Positions 51,566 through 62,297 of a DNA stretch of 64,000 nucleotides are shown here, piece by piece. Under the pieces are notes generated by a model. It had not been told where the DNA came from and did not search any database. It saw only the letters and a program-made list of their open reading frames with translations. This DNA comes from Tetramitus jugosus. Lineage: Eukaryota > Protista > Heterolobosea. The position numbers and the translations under genes were made by a program. The DNA lies in the NCBI GenBank assembly GCA_937625935.1, contig OW569347.1:62001-126000 (forward strand), given 5' to 3'. Every line of letters begins with the position of its first letter. The first letter of the stretch is position 1.

Positions 51566-54500
51566 TTATGCAACGAGGTAATCTTCATCCTTCTTTGATT
51601 TCTTCACCCGGTACCAGACAATAACTCCAACTACAATTGCTGCAATGATAGCTACGGTAATGGCAGCAACACTCAATACGACAACGAGAGCAGCAATTCC
51701 ACCCTTGGTCATTCCTCTCTTCTTGGATGAGTCCTTTGTTGGTGAGGTCACAGCACTGTCGCTTCTGAAGGAGACGAGCACAGGACCGAATCTCTCACAG
51801 GAGCAAGAGACACTTGAGCTTGACTTGGCAGCCACGGTACATGTAGAATTATCCCACTTGTTTTCAACAGTGGAGTAGAAGGAACATTGCGGGGTTTCCT
51901 TAGTGCTATCGTAAGATGAGACTGGGAAAGCAATGGTGACCAACTCATTCAAGACCCAGTTCTTATAACTATCATCACTCTCATTATCTTGATCGATGAC
52001 TCTCGGAGTCACAGTAACTGAACCGATTCTAAGTTGATTATTTTCAACGAATTCATAAGGTGGTAAGCCGAATGTTGTTGATTGAACAGTGGCAAAGTCT
52101 CCGGCGAGACTCTCAGACACGATCGAATTAACGGACACAGCAACTGGTGTTGCTGCTTGAATTGATCTTGCACCATTGCTTGAGGTAACAATGGTTTGAC
52201 CAAGAACAGCTGTCTTCAATCCTCCAACAGCAGCAAAGCCAGACACTAACTTGGACAGAATGAATTGATATGCCAATTCATCAGCTGTTTGAGTGGTTCT
52301 ATCGAGTGTTGTGTCAACCAATTGTTTCAAATCACTTCTGAATACCTTTCCACCAGAGTAGACTGCGACATTGTCAATGACTGACGCAATATTATCGAGT
52401 AGTCCAAAGCTAAATGTTCCAGCTTCCATCTTTTCAGATGTTAAACTCAACAATGTGGAAGGAATTTGGATTAACAGTTCTCTAATCTGAGATGTGATGA
52501 CCACTGGGTTAGAGCATGACACCACAATACCCATGATTTGTTCGAAAATACCAATGGCTAGCTTGGCAGTGTGACTTGAATCAATGGATGAAACCAACTT
52601 TGTTGTGAAGGTAGCCAATAGTTGCAACACTCTCAAGATAATAGCTCTGAGATTTTCCAATTGGGCTTGAGTCAAACTGGAGTAATCGATGCCACTCAAT
52701 GCACCAGCCACAATGGAGAGTTTGTTCAACAACTCTGGATCACTAGCATCCAATGCAAAGACATAGGCCTTCAATTTGTCAATTGTGTCATCGACACTAA
52801 TTGGAGTAACGATGGTGCTGAATTGTTTTTCTACGACAGTACCGGCAGAATTAGAAACAGCCAATTTCAATAACAAGATGTTACCATTGTTGGAGTCACC
52901 AGCTGATAGAACAGTGGTCAACTTTTGAGTGCTCTGGCTGTTCAATCTGATCCAACCTTGAGTCTTAGATTTAAAGTAGTATGTGTAAGTTAAACTTGAT
53001 CCGGCAGTATCAACCCAATTGCCCACAGCTAGAGTGTATGATGTGGTGAGTGCTGATCCCTTACTAGGAGAGACTGTTGGGTCTGGACCAACTGGAGTGG
53101 ATCCCACTTGGAATTGGACATATTTGATAGCATAACTATTTCCTGCATCAGCTCTGACTTTGATCAAATACTGTGTTCCTTCAAGAAGTACTCCCTGAGG
53201 AATGAGCAATTGTTGATTGTCGACATAAGGAGTCAAATCGACTGAAACTCCTTTTTGACCTCCAGCAATAGCTGTCCATGTGATGTCAGCTTTATCTTTG
53301 ATAGATCCTGAAGCTTCGACAATGGCGAAGAGTTGAACAGGTCTAGATCTGCTCACCAAGCCACTAACAGGAATATTACTTCTAATTCTCAGATACAAAC
53401 CTGGTCCAGTCGATGGTGGATCGGATCCAGAGGCAGAAGGTTGGCTAGGAGGATTGACAATGGACTTACTTGGAGATGTCACAATGGACTCACTAGGTGC
53501 AGTGACGATTGACTCACTTGGTTCGAAGACGATTGATTCACTTGGTTCAATGATAACAGACTCACTTGGTTCGGTGACAAATGACTCACTTGGAGCAGTG
53601 ACAATGGATTCACTTGGAGCAGTAACAATTGACTCACTTGGAGCAGTAACAATGGATTCACTTGGTGCAGTGACAATAGACTCGCTAGGTGCAGTGACGA
53701 TTGATTCACTTGGTGCAGTAACAATTGACTCACTTGGAGCAGTGACGATTGATTCACTAGGTGCAGTAACAATGGACTCGCTTGGAGCGTTCACAATTGA
53801 CTCGCTAGGTGCGGTAACAATTGACTCACTTGGAGCAGTGACAATGGACTCACTTGGAGCAGTAACGATTGACTCACTTGGAGCAGTAACAATGGATTCA
53901 CTTGGTGCAGTGACAATTGACTCACTTGGTGCAGTGACGATAGACTCGCTAGGTGCAGTGACGATTGATTCACTTGGTGCAGTAACAATTGACTCACTTG
54001 GAGCAGTGACAATGGACTCGCTAGGTGCGGTAACAATTGACTCACTTGGAGCAGTAACAATGGATTCACTTGGTGCAGTGACAATGGACTCGCTAGGTGC
54101 AGTGACGATTGATTCACTTGGTGCAGTAACAATGGACTCGCTAGGAGCTGTTACAATTGACTCACTTGGAGCAGTGACGATTGATTCACTTGGAACTGTT
54201 ACAATAGACTCACTTGGTTCAATGGTAACAGACTCACTTGGTGCTGTCACAATGGATTCACTTGGTGCAGTGACGATAGACTCACTTGGTTCGATGATGA
54301 CAGACTCACTTGGAACAGTCACAATAGACTCGCTTGGCTCAATGACGATAGACTCACTAGGTTCTGTCACGATTGATTCGCTTGGTGCAGTAACAATGGA
54401 TTCACTTGGCTCGATGATGATTGATTCACCTGGACTAGTGCCTGTAACAATTGACTCACTTGGCTCAATAATAATTGATTCCTCTGGGCTCTCCTGTGGA

Positions 54501-54982
54501 CTTGGAGCAGTAACAATTGACTCACTTGGTTCAATAATAATCGACTCCTCTGGACTTTCCTGAGGGCTAGGTGCAGTAACAATTGACTCACTTGGTTCAA
54601 TGACTGGTGATTCCTCTGGACTCTCCTCACGAGGTGACTCAACAGGAGACTCTTCTGGACTCTCCTCGCAAGGTGGTGCAATAATAACTGGTGATTCCTC
54701 TGGACTTTCTTCACAAGGAGGTTCAATAATAATAACTGGTGATTCCTCTGGGCTCTCTTCACAAGGAGGTTCAGGCTCTTGTACTTCAGTTTCCTCACAA
54801 GGTGGTTCAATTGATTCACTGGGTTCAACCTCTCCGTCCCCAATGATAATACTATTCGGGTTGAAAATTGGATTGAGGACTGGATTGAGTGGTCCTAAAA
54901 CTGGGGGATTTGCATTGACATTGTAAGTGACAAAAAGAATGCAACACAAGATCACGAGTACAAAAATTGAAGCTGCTCTCAT
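51566..54982 (-). CDS. Type I cell-surface protein: signal peptide, mucin-like PSESIVT repeats, REJ/PKD-like region, GPS-like motif, single TM
   Basis: MRAASIFVLVILCCILF signal; VSPSKGSALTTSYTL..GNWVD..LTYTY (REJ-like); CSFY...KWDNSTC...VSCSC (GPS-like); TM helix followed by KKSKK. Confidence 0.8.
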   Translation of the reverse strand: MRAASIFVLVILCCILFVTYNVNANPPVLGPLNPVLNPIFNPNSIIIGDGEVEPSESIEPPCEETEVQEPEPPCEESPEESPVIIIEPPCEESPEESPVIIAPPCEESPEESPVESPREESPEESPVIEPSESIVTAPSPQESPEESIIIEPSESIVTAPSPQESPEESIIIEPSESIVTGTSPGESIIIEPSESIVTAPSESIVTEPSESIVIEPSESIVTVPSESVIIEPSESIVTAPSESIVTAPSESVTIEPSESIVTVPSESIVTAPSESIVTAPSESIVTAPSESIVTAPSESIVTAPSESIVTAPSESIVTAPSESIVTAPSESIVTAPSESIVTAPSESIVTAPSESIVTAPSESIVTAPSESIVTAPSESIVTAPSESIVTAPSESIVNAPSESIVTAPSESIVTAPSESIVTAPSESIVTAPSESIVTAPSESIVTAPSESIVTAPSESIVTAPSESFVTEPSESVIIEPSESIVFEPSESIVTAPSESIVTSPSKSIVNPPSQPSASGSDPPSTGPGLYLRIRSNIPVSGLVSRSRPVQLFAIVEASGSIKDKADITWTAIAGGQKGVSVDLTPYVDNQQLLIPQGVLLEGTQYLIKVRADAGNSYAIKYVQFQVGSTPVGPDPTVSPSKGSALTTSYTLAVGNWVDTAGSSLTYTYYFKSKTQGWIRLNSQSTQKLTTVLSAGDSNNGNILLLKLAVSNSAGTVVEKQFSTIVTPISVDDTIDKLKAYVFALDASDPELLNKLSIVAGALSGIDYSSLTQAQLENLRAIILRVLQLLATFTTKLVSSIDSSHTAKLAIGIFEQIMGIVVSCSNPVVITSQIRELLIQIPSTLLSLTSEKMEAGTFSFGLLDNIASVIDNVAVYSGGKVFRSDLKQLVDTTLDRTTQTADELAYQFILSKLVSGFAAVGGLKTAVLGQTIVTSSNGARSIQAATPVAVSVNSIVSESLAGDFATVQSTTFGLPPYEFVENNQLRIGSVTVTPRVIDQDNESDDSYKNWVLNELVTIAFPVSSYDSTKETPQCSFYSTVENKWDNSTCTVAAKSSSSVSCSCERFGPVLVSFRSDSAVTSPTKDSSKKRGMTKGGIAALVVVLSVAAITVAIIAAIVVGVIVWYRVKKSKKDEDYLVA
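53460..54810 (-). repeat. Coding minisatellite: about 40 x 24-bp units (APSESIVT) preceded by PPCEESPEESP-type repeats
   Basis: Visible 24-nt periodicity (consensus on + about GACTCACTTGGTGCAGTGACAATT), with variation mostly at synonymous positions. Confidence 0.92.
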
Positions 54983-55147
54983 GGTGTTCGAGTTGGATAT
55001 ATACAAAAGGACTGTTTTCTTGTTTTGAAAGTTAGATGAATTGCATAACAAAACTCGCTTTTATACGAACGGGAGGACATGATCATGCAACCAAGGATTA
55101 CGCTAGGCTGATAAAACGGGATTTGTGAGCGAATTTTTTTGCTTATC

Positions 55148-55786
55148 TTATTTTTTGTTTGTGACGGGATTGAAGTTGACAAGCATACTTTTGGCCACTG
55201 TGTATGCTGGATCAGGATTACCCAGCAGCTGAGCGACCAAATTGAGTGCAAATTCAAGAGAAGTCCCTGGGCCTTGAGAAGTGATAAGCTTACCACAAAC
55301 AACTACTCGCTCGTCAGGGACATAATGGGGGCTATGAGCTAAAAACTGATCCTTCAAACCAGGAAAACAGGTAGCAACGAAGTCGTGATCTAGCAGACCG
55401 TGCGCTGCTAATACCAATGCTGGTGATGCACAAATAGCACCTATGAATGATTGCCTGTGTTTTTGAAGCTTCAGCATTTGAATAAGAGTATCACTTGCAG
55501 CGAATGCCTTTGCCCCGTTTAATCCACCTGGTAGAACAATCATGTCGAACAATTGATCGCACACTGATTCCAAGTGTGCATCTGCCACAATTTGTACACC
55601 TCTACTCGCTTTGATCAGCAATGAATTTCCACACTCATCACTGCTGTTTGTTGTGGAAGGAACCTTTGCAACAGTGACTGGAATCTCTGCTCTACGAAGA
55701 GTGTCAATGATGCAAACTGATTCAATCTCCTCGGAGCCATCAGCAATCACGACAAGGACAGACTTTGACTTTGGTTCAGAACTCAT
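55148..55786 (-). CDS. DJ-1/YajL/PfpI family protein
   Basis: ADGSEEIE, DTLRRA, DMIVLPGG, GAICASP (catalytic Cys), ITSQGPGTSLEFAL. Confidence 0.93.
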   Translation of the reverse strand: MSSEPKSKSVLVVIADGSEEIESVCIIDTLRRAEIPVTVAKVPSTTNSSDECGNSLLIKASRGVQIVADAHLESVCDQLFDMIVLPGGLNGAKAFAASDTLIQMLKLQKHRQSFIGAICASPALVLAAHGLLDHDFVATCFPGLKDQFLAHSPHYVPDERVVVCGKLITSQGPGTSLEFALNLVAQLLGNPDPAYTVAKSMLVNFNPVTNKK

Positions 55787-55858
55787 TTTTTTTCTGGTTG
55801 TTGGAAGATCGAGATCTCTGCCAAAAAAGAATTTATTGTAATAAACATGATTTGTACT

Positions 55859-58477
55859 TTACTTCTTCTTTAGCTGTAGTGGCTTCTTTGTTGTCTCGGC
55901 CTTTTTTCTGGTAGAGGTTCCACTGGAAGAAGCTTTAGTAGAGGAAGTTTTGGCCTTTTTAGCCGCAGCAGCCTGCTTCTTATCAAACTTTGCTCGTTTG
56001 GCGTTCAGTTTCTGCTTTGTGATGTATTCATCTACTAACTCATTTTCATCAGCCTCCTCTCCCAATTGATCATCTGTGCCACCTGTCATATCCTCCAAGG
56101 TCATGCAATTGTCAGACTTTTTAGCAGATGAAGCTTTTGAGAATCCCTTATGACTCTTGTTGTAAGCTCGGGTAAATGCAGTTTTTGTTGCTGTGGCAAC
56201 CTTCTTCAGGTACATGTCCTCGGAAAGCTTACCCTTAAATGATGACAGCTCAGATATATTCATTAAATCATCCTTGGTCAAACCATACTCATCTATCATA
56301 TCTATCGTGTCAGAAATTCCCTCGCTGCCATTCTTTATCAACGGAGCCAACATTCTATCTCTCCAGACAGGCATATAGTCGAGCATATCAACATTGTTTC
56401 CGGACGCAGCAACTCCAGTGGCCTTTTGCACACTTCTGAGAATACCCAAATTCTTGTTGGTGGTACTCATCTTACCCAAACAAGCTGGAAATTGGTAGTA
56501 TCGATCATAACCGCTTAGTGCTTCGAATTTACCTCGAACAAAGTGACTTGGCCTGATGCATGAAAAATCAGCATGCACAGTAGCCAGTTGAAACTGTTGA
56601 GTGGAGTATATTTTAGCGTTGACTAGATCAGCCATTGAAATAGAGTCCGCAGCAAGTGCAATACGACTCATTCTCGACTCAGGGTTCGCATCTGCAGGCC
56701 TCATTCGAATATAATTCTCTTGCACAAATAAGGGAACAAGAGTCGTATCATTGAAATATAATCCAAGCAAGTGTTCATAGCTCTTGCTTCCACCTCCAAG
56801 CATTGAACCAATATCATCAAAAATGGACTGCTGAGCGCTACTCTTTTCAATTTGCTCATTCTTGGTGCTGTTGTAGCTGATAGCAGTACCTCTGTTTCCA
56901 AGCAATTGCAAATTATTTAAAATACTTCGAATGTCGTTTCCAAGAGAAGTGACTAACAAATCCAATGTGGTAGCCTCTACTTTGACTTTCTCCAACGCAC
57001 ATATCTGTTGCATCTTCTTAATAATGGTTGTCTTGACAGGTCTTGTAAACTTGATGTCCAATGATGTGCTAATCAAAGTTTTGAGCGCAGGCTTCGATCT
57101 GTCGTTACAAATGCAAATAATGGGTACTCGTGTTCCCTTAATCAACTTGACAAGTTCGGCGACACCACCACGATCACCAGATGACATTCCATCAACTTCA
57201 TCCATAATGATACAAATCTTCTTTTTGTTTTGTTTTTTTGCTGCAGATGAGAAGAATTCACCAATTGCTCTGTTGCTCACTAGCTCTCCAATCTCTTCAA
57301 TCAAGCTCTTTTTGCTTCTCGTGTCACTAGCATTCAATTCTTTGACTTCATATCCACATGCTTGACAAACGAGTCTGACGGCGGAAGTTTTTCCAATACC
57401 GGGCACACCAGAGATGATGGCAGATCTGGTTTCTTCAGTCTTCTTTCTTCCCTTTGGTGCTTCGGCCTTGTTATTTCTATACTTTTCCTCCCATGTAGTC
57501 AACCAGTTTTTTAACTCAGTGATACCTGCCTTGTTTCCCATGAGATCGTCCAAAGTTTTTGGTTGGTACTTGTCGACCCAAAGTTGAGAGACTGGTGGAG
57601 GACGTTTAGGTACTTGGATAGGAACGTATGGAGTAACCGTCTTTGGTTCTGATTTTGCAACAGTTGTGGTGCCACTAGAAGACGAAACAGCAGCTGACGT
57701 AGAAGGTACGTCTTGCTTGATTGGAGTCAAAGACTTTTTGCGAGAGCTAGTAGTAGTACTGCTTGGACTCTTAGAGGCAGATTGAGCAGCAGATGTAGAA
57801 GCTTTTGTGGGTGTAGTTGACTTGGATTTCATTGGCGAAGATTGTTGCTTTGACTTATCGGGAGTTGAAAGGCGTCTCTTCTTTGTTTCTGCAATCTTAT
57901 TGATGACAGACTCTTCGTCGTCATCACTCTCCTCCTCGTCATCACTGTCAACAACCCTCCTTCTTCTCTTTGGTGCGGGCTCCTTTGCTAAAGGCTCCTT
58001 GTTCCTTGGGCTTGATCTCGTAATTACCAATCTCTTACTCCTTCTCTTTGTTTGCTCATCATCTGAACTAATTTCTTCTACATAGTCTTCATCGACAGGT
58101 GGTTGTTTTCTCTTTCTGGAAGAAGTAGGTGCAGCAGCTGGTGAAGCTTTCTTTGCTGGAGAGACAGATGCTGCCTTATTGTTCTGATTCTTGGGAGAAG
58201 GTGGAACACTCTTTGTTTCTTCAAGCGGAGTCATTGGAGAATCCGTTGAATCAGATGACTGAGATGACTGAGAGTTTTTGCTGAAAAATAAGCGAATGTC
58301 CGATGATTTTGTGGAAGCTTTCTACAATTGCAATGCATGTAAACAAGAACGATCGAAAATAAAGCAAAACCAATATGAACGAATGAGTCTTTGATGTGAA
58401 AGGGGTGGTGGTTACATATGATAGAGCAACTGTTAACAACGTACCTTTGCACTGCTTGATGACGATGACTTCTTCAT
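55859..58477 (-). CDS. RFC1: Replication factor C large subunit, 2 exons (58477-58445, 58321-55859), about 831 aa
   Basis: A phase-0 intron at 58322-58444 adds MKKSSSSSSAK-KASTKSSDIRLFF (RFC1-type DIRxFF). LWVDKYQP, GVPGIGKT, ELNASDTRSK, MDEVDGM..GDRGG, PLFVQENY, KTAFTRAYNK. Confidence 0.92.
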
Positions 58478-58578
58478 TTGTTGTTTTGGTGGTGTCAGTC
58501 TGATAAGCTGGTCAGCAGTCGTTCATAAATTATGAGTGTTTGTTTTTTTCGGTTCGAGTTTCTTTTGGACTAGAAAAA

Positions 58579-58587
58579 TGGCGCGAA
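58579..58587 (-). promoter_or_regulatory. E2F-like motif (TTCGCGCCA on -) upstream of RFC1
   Basis: About 100 bp upstream of the inferred RFC1 ATG; imperfect match. Confidence 0.35.
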
Positions 58588-58631
58588 GCCAAGGCGGATA
58601 AATTGAAACCCGAACAAACCAATTGAAAGCT

Positions 58632-59132
58632 TTACTCTGTTGATAGTCCTGAAATGAACTGTTTCATCTCATTGTTTGGATCCACAGATCTCAGCATTCT
58701 CTCCATCTCACCTGACTCCACGTGATCAACCTTGTACTTTGAGAGATAGGCAAGTGAGACAAGTTTGGCATGAGACAAGTCATTACTCACGAATAGAACC
58801 TTGGGTATCTTTGCATTATCCACTCCCAATCGTTCTGATTGGTCCTTGTACTGATGAGCAATTCTGGATATTGAAGCTATTGCTCTTTCCAGATATGCTT
58901 GTTTTGTTCTAATGTCATTTGTGGTCGAACTGTGATAGTCATCCGAGTCAACTGTTAACAATTGTTGGTATGGTCCCAGATGTGATATAATGTTGGTTCT
59001 ATTGTCTGGCAACGGCACCAAGTAGACAATGAATCCTATTTGACCAATTCTTTCATCAGACGAAAAATCTTCCTTGCTCTTCAATATGAGCTCAGTGATG
59101 AATGTGTTGGGTGCGACTTGTTCCAATGTCAT
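58632..59132 (-). CDS. Small protein resembling a catalytically dead dual-specificity phosphatase
   Basis: EQVAPNTFI N-terminus, KVLFVS......LVSLAYL and RSVDPN resemble the DSP framework without HCX5R. Confidence 0.5.
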   Translation of the reverse strand: MTLEQVAPNTFITELILKSKEDFSSDERIGQIGFIVYLVPLPDNRTNIISHLGPYQQLLTVDSDDYHSSTTNDIRTKQAYLERAIASISRIAHQYKDQSERLGVDNAKIPKVLFVSNDLSHAKLVSLAYLSKYKVDHVESGEMERMLRSVDPNNEMKQFISGLSTE

Positions 59133-59241
59133 GATTATGTTTGTTTGCTTGTTGTGATCAATGGCTGTTTTATACCGGAATATTATTTACGTTCAGGTTC
59201 TTGGGTATATTTTTACAAATCCAGTATATTTTACAAACAAT

Positions 59242-60222
59242 TTACAATGTAGCATTCCTTACCAAATAGACACAATCACCATCCATTTTCAAACTGACAC
59301 CAATTCTCCACTTTCTTCTCACAGTGTCCACCTTGACTTCCTTGACCATTGTACGATTGTGATAAAATGCAAGACTCTTCTTTTGCAAATCAAGATAGAC
59401 ACCGATTCTGTCTCCCTCTTGAATGTGGAACTGATCCTCGTGATGACACGTATCCCACAACAACAATGGTGAAGAATCATTCAACTGAGAACGACCCACA
59501 AACACATTGCCTTTGGCATCTATGCTAAACGATCCCGATTGATCCATCTCGTCAAACACTTCGCCATCATTCAACGCCTTTTCACTCAAATCCTTGCACT
59601 TTTCCTCATTGACAATACCAAACAAAACTTGTTGACTCTTTTCGAGATCAGAAATTTCAAATTCTGCGAATTGACATGGTCCTTCTCTCACAGCTTCATT
59701 CAACAATGCACTTGTCCATTGAGACATTGCTTGATGAAGCACTCGATGCTTTGAGTGTGTTACTAATCGTGTGTTGGCCAAGCTTTCAGAGAATGAATAA
59801 CCACTTCTCTCAACGACGACTGCAGCAGAATTGTGCGACTGTTCAATTGTTGTTGGACTCAAGTGTTGTTGTTCTTGGTGGTGGTGGTGATGATGATGAT
59901 GATGAGAGGGAGATCGCTCTACATGATGATCATGGTTGTTATGATGATGATGATGATGATGGTCTTGTTGTTCATTGCTGCCATTGTTGTTGTGATGTTG
60001 GTGATGTTGGTGATGATGATAAGAAGGAGGAGCACGACTCTTGATCGTTAAATCTTCGACTTGCACTTCGAGTGCTGCAATTCTGATTGCTTGTTGTTGT
60101 GTCAATTGTGTGAGATGCTGAATTTGAGAGGATTGTTGCTCAATGAGTCGTTCGAGTGAGTCCAATCTCGATTCAACAGTAGTTTCCAGCTGTGGTGTTG
60201 TTTCTGATAATAGTTCCTCCAT
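59242..60222 (-). CDS. Coiled-coil, His-rich linker and SPRY-domain protein
   Basis: EGDRIGVYLDLQKKSLAFYHN is a typical SPRY motif. Confidence 0.78.
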   Translation of the reverse strand: MEELLSETTPQLETTVESRLDSLERLIEQQSSQIQHLTQLTQQQAIRIAALEVQVEDLTIKSRAPPSYHHHQHHQHHNNNGSNEQQDHHHHHHHNNHDHHVERSPSHHHHHHHHHQEQQHLSPTTIEQSHNSAAVVVERSGYSFSESLANTRLVTHSKHRVLHQAMSQWTSALLNEAVREGPCQFAEFEISDLEKSQQVLFGIVNEEKCKDLSEKALNDGEVFDEMDQSGSFSIDAKGNVFVGRSQLNDSSPLLLWDTCHHEDQFHIQEGDRIGVYLDLQKKSLAFYHNRTMVKEVKVDTVRRKWRIGVSLKMDGDCVYLVRNATL

Positions 60223-60508
60223 GGTGTGATGATTATACTGTGTGTGTAAAATGGTTTTTGTGCGTGTGATTCGTTATTATTATTGTTTTTGGTGGTGTTT
60301 GAGATCGAATTTTTTTTTATCGTTGAGGATACAAACTTTCGCGTCATCCGATCTGACAAAATCGCTCATGCTGGAAAGGAAATTCCAGATGGTGAAGCGA
60401 AAGAAACACGTATTTCTTGAGAGTGCGCCGACTCAAGAGTCACTATCAAGTTTACGGAGAATGAATTCCAGAGCGACAGATGACACTGAGAATGTTTTTA
60501 ATGCATAT

Positions 60509-61767
60509 TTATTGCAAGTTGTCAGCTTGTTTATCGAGAACACTTTCCATGTTGCTCGGTGATCGTATTCCTCTTTGAGATCTTCTGCCACTGTTTGGTT
60601 GGTCTGACAACCGGAATGCATCAAAAGACACTGTCATTGGTCTTCCTCTCCTTCCATCGGAGCCTGTGGTTGTACTTGGATTGGCATTTGGACTGTTGGC
60701 TTGTGATTCCAACTCCCTTCTCAACCATTCCAAACTATCACCACCGTCATTATTGTTCGCATCACTGAGTGCAAATGCAGAGCTTGTTCTTTGACCAGTT
60801 TTGTACTGATCTTCTCCATCTCCTTTCTGCCTATTGTCTAGTTGTTGTGAAGATGATGTTTCATCTTCTTTTTTGTTGTTGTTATCGTTTGTTTGATTCT
60901 CGCCCGTATTATTCTCGCTGTTATTATTTTTGTTATTATTGTTATCATGATCATTATCCACATCTTCATCATCCAATTCTTCAAACACAAAATCAAACTC
61001 TTCAATCAGTGTGAAAAACACGGGAGTATAAGGACTCGTTCCCCATATGCACAACACTATATTCTTCACACTCATCTTGTTCACTTTTTCATTCTTGGAT
61101 ACACGAATCAAATGATCAACGAGCAATCGTATGGTTTCTCTGTTACACTTGGGTATCACACCCATTTGATTCTGCACAATTTGTTTCCTCAAATGTTTGG
61201 GCACTCTCTGAAGTATGAACAATTCTTGATGTTCATTGCCAAATAAGCTCTCTGGTAAGTCTCGAAGAAATAGCAAGATGAGACCAGCAACGTCAGCAGG
61301 GTCATGTAACTGTTTGCCTGATTCGTGTTCCTTTATAAAGTCAATGGGTTCACCTGTTGTTTGTTATATTGTTATTATTATTATTTGTGTGTGATGATGT
61401 TGTGTTAGCTCACAAAATATTCTTCGCGAAAAAGGTCAAAATGTTCTTCTTCTTCTTCACAACACATACCCTTATTGAATTGAATCATGTATTTGCGAAT
61501 GGTTTGTTTGCTGCCAGGAACTCTATAGAGACCCATTTCATTCAATCCCTTATGATTCAAAAAGTCAATACTGTTTCTCATGATTGCAGGAACGAGACAT
61601 TGTTTGGTTGGATCACTTCTCTCGGCTGCCAACCTCAATGGTACACCAAACACTGCTGTTTCACTATTCTTGTAATCATCTTCGTCTGGTGGATTGATAG
61701 GAGAGAGATTTCGGTTGGAACTTCGACGATCCGATTGTTGTTTACTCTTTGATGAGGTGAGGCCCAT
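60509..61767 (-). CDS. RhoGAP domain protein, 2 exons (61767-61470, 61353-60509), MGLTSS myristoylation-like start
   Basis: VFGVPL, VPAIM, GLYRVPGS (arginine finger), intron 61354-61469, DVAGLILLFLRDLPESL, NKMSVKNI. Confidence 0.9.
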
Positions 61768-62297
61768 TATTTTCCGTTGTTTGTTTGTTTGTTTGTTCGG
61801 TAGTTTCTGTTTTTTTTGTTGTGTGGTTTGTGTTGTTGTTTGTTGGGGTGATGTTGCTGTTTTTTCTTGTCTTTGTTGTTTGTTGTTTTCGTGTGACCGG
61901 TCGGCTCTCTCTTTGTTGAATGTCTTGTGTGGAAGCGAAGTACAGCACAGTTCTTCTATTCTAAGTATATGGTTTTTCTCAATTCGCTTGTTTTGAGGCG
62001 AAAGATGATTATTGTGTGTCGTTGGTGTCCTTGTTTTTTTGAGTGTGACAGTGACGCGTTGTGTGCTCTCCACCATTAACATTACAATTTCCAGTCCTTG
62101 AATATGTGGGGAGAGGATATGATCGCAAGTTCAATTCCCGGGAACAGCAAGCCATTTCGGTGAATTACCACCATCACGCCCAAAACAAACAAAATTGCCT
62201 TTCAAACAACTATATCTCTAAATATCAAGCATAAACTGATCACCTTCTCTCTCCGGCAGTTTCCCCACCACTGTGAAAACAACAACAACAACGAATA

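Noticed and set aside
53460-54420. Regular 24-bp array as a possible CRISPR
   Set aside because: Units are head-to-tail with no unique spacers, vary at synonymous positions and lie within a eukaryotic CDS.
53454-54563. 369-aa + strand ORF of DSLGAVTI repeats
   Set aside because: Antisense shadow of the APSESIVT coding repeat. The - strand frame carries the signal peptide, domains and TM.
55859-58477. Calling this gene CTF18, which would complete a Ctf18-Dcc1-Ctf8 cluster
   Set aside because: GDRGG, PLFVQENY, KTAFTRAYNK and DIRxFF are RFC1-type features.
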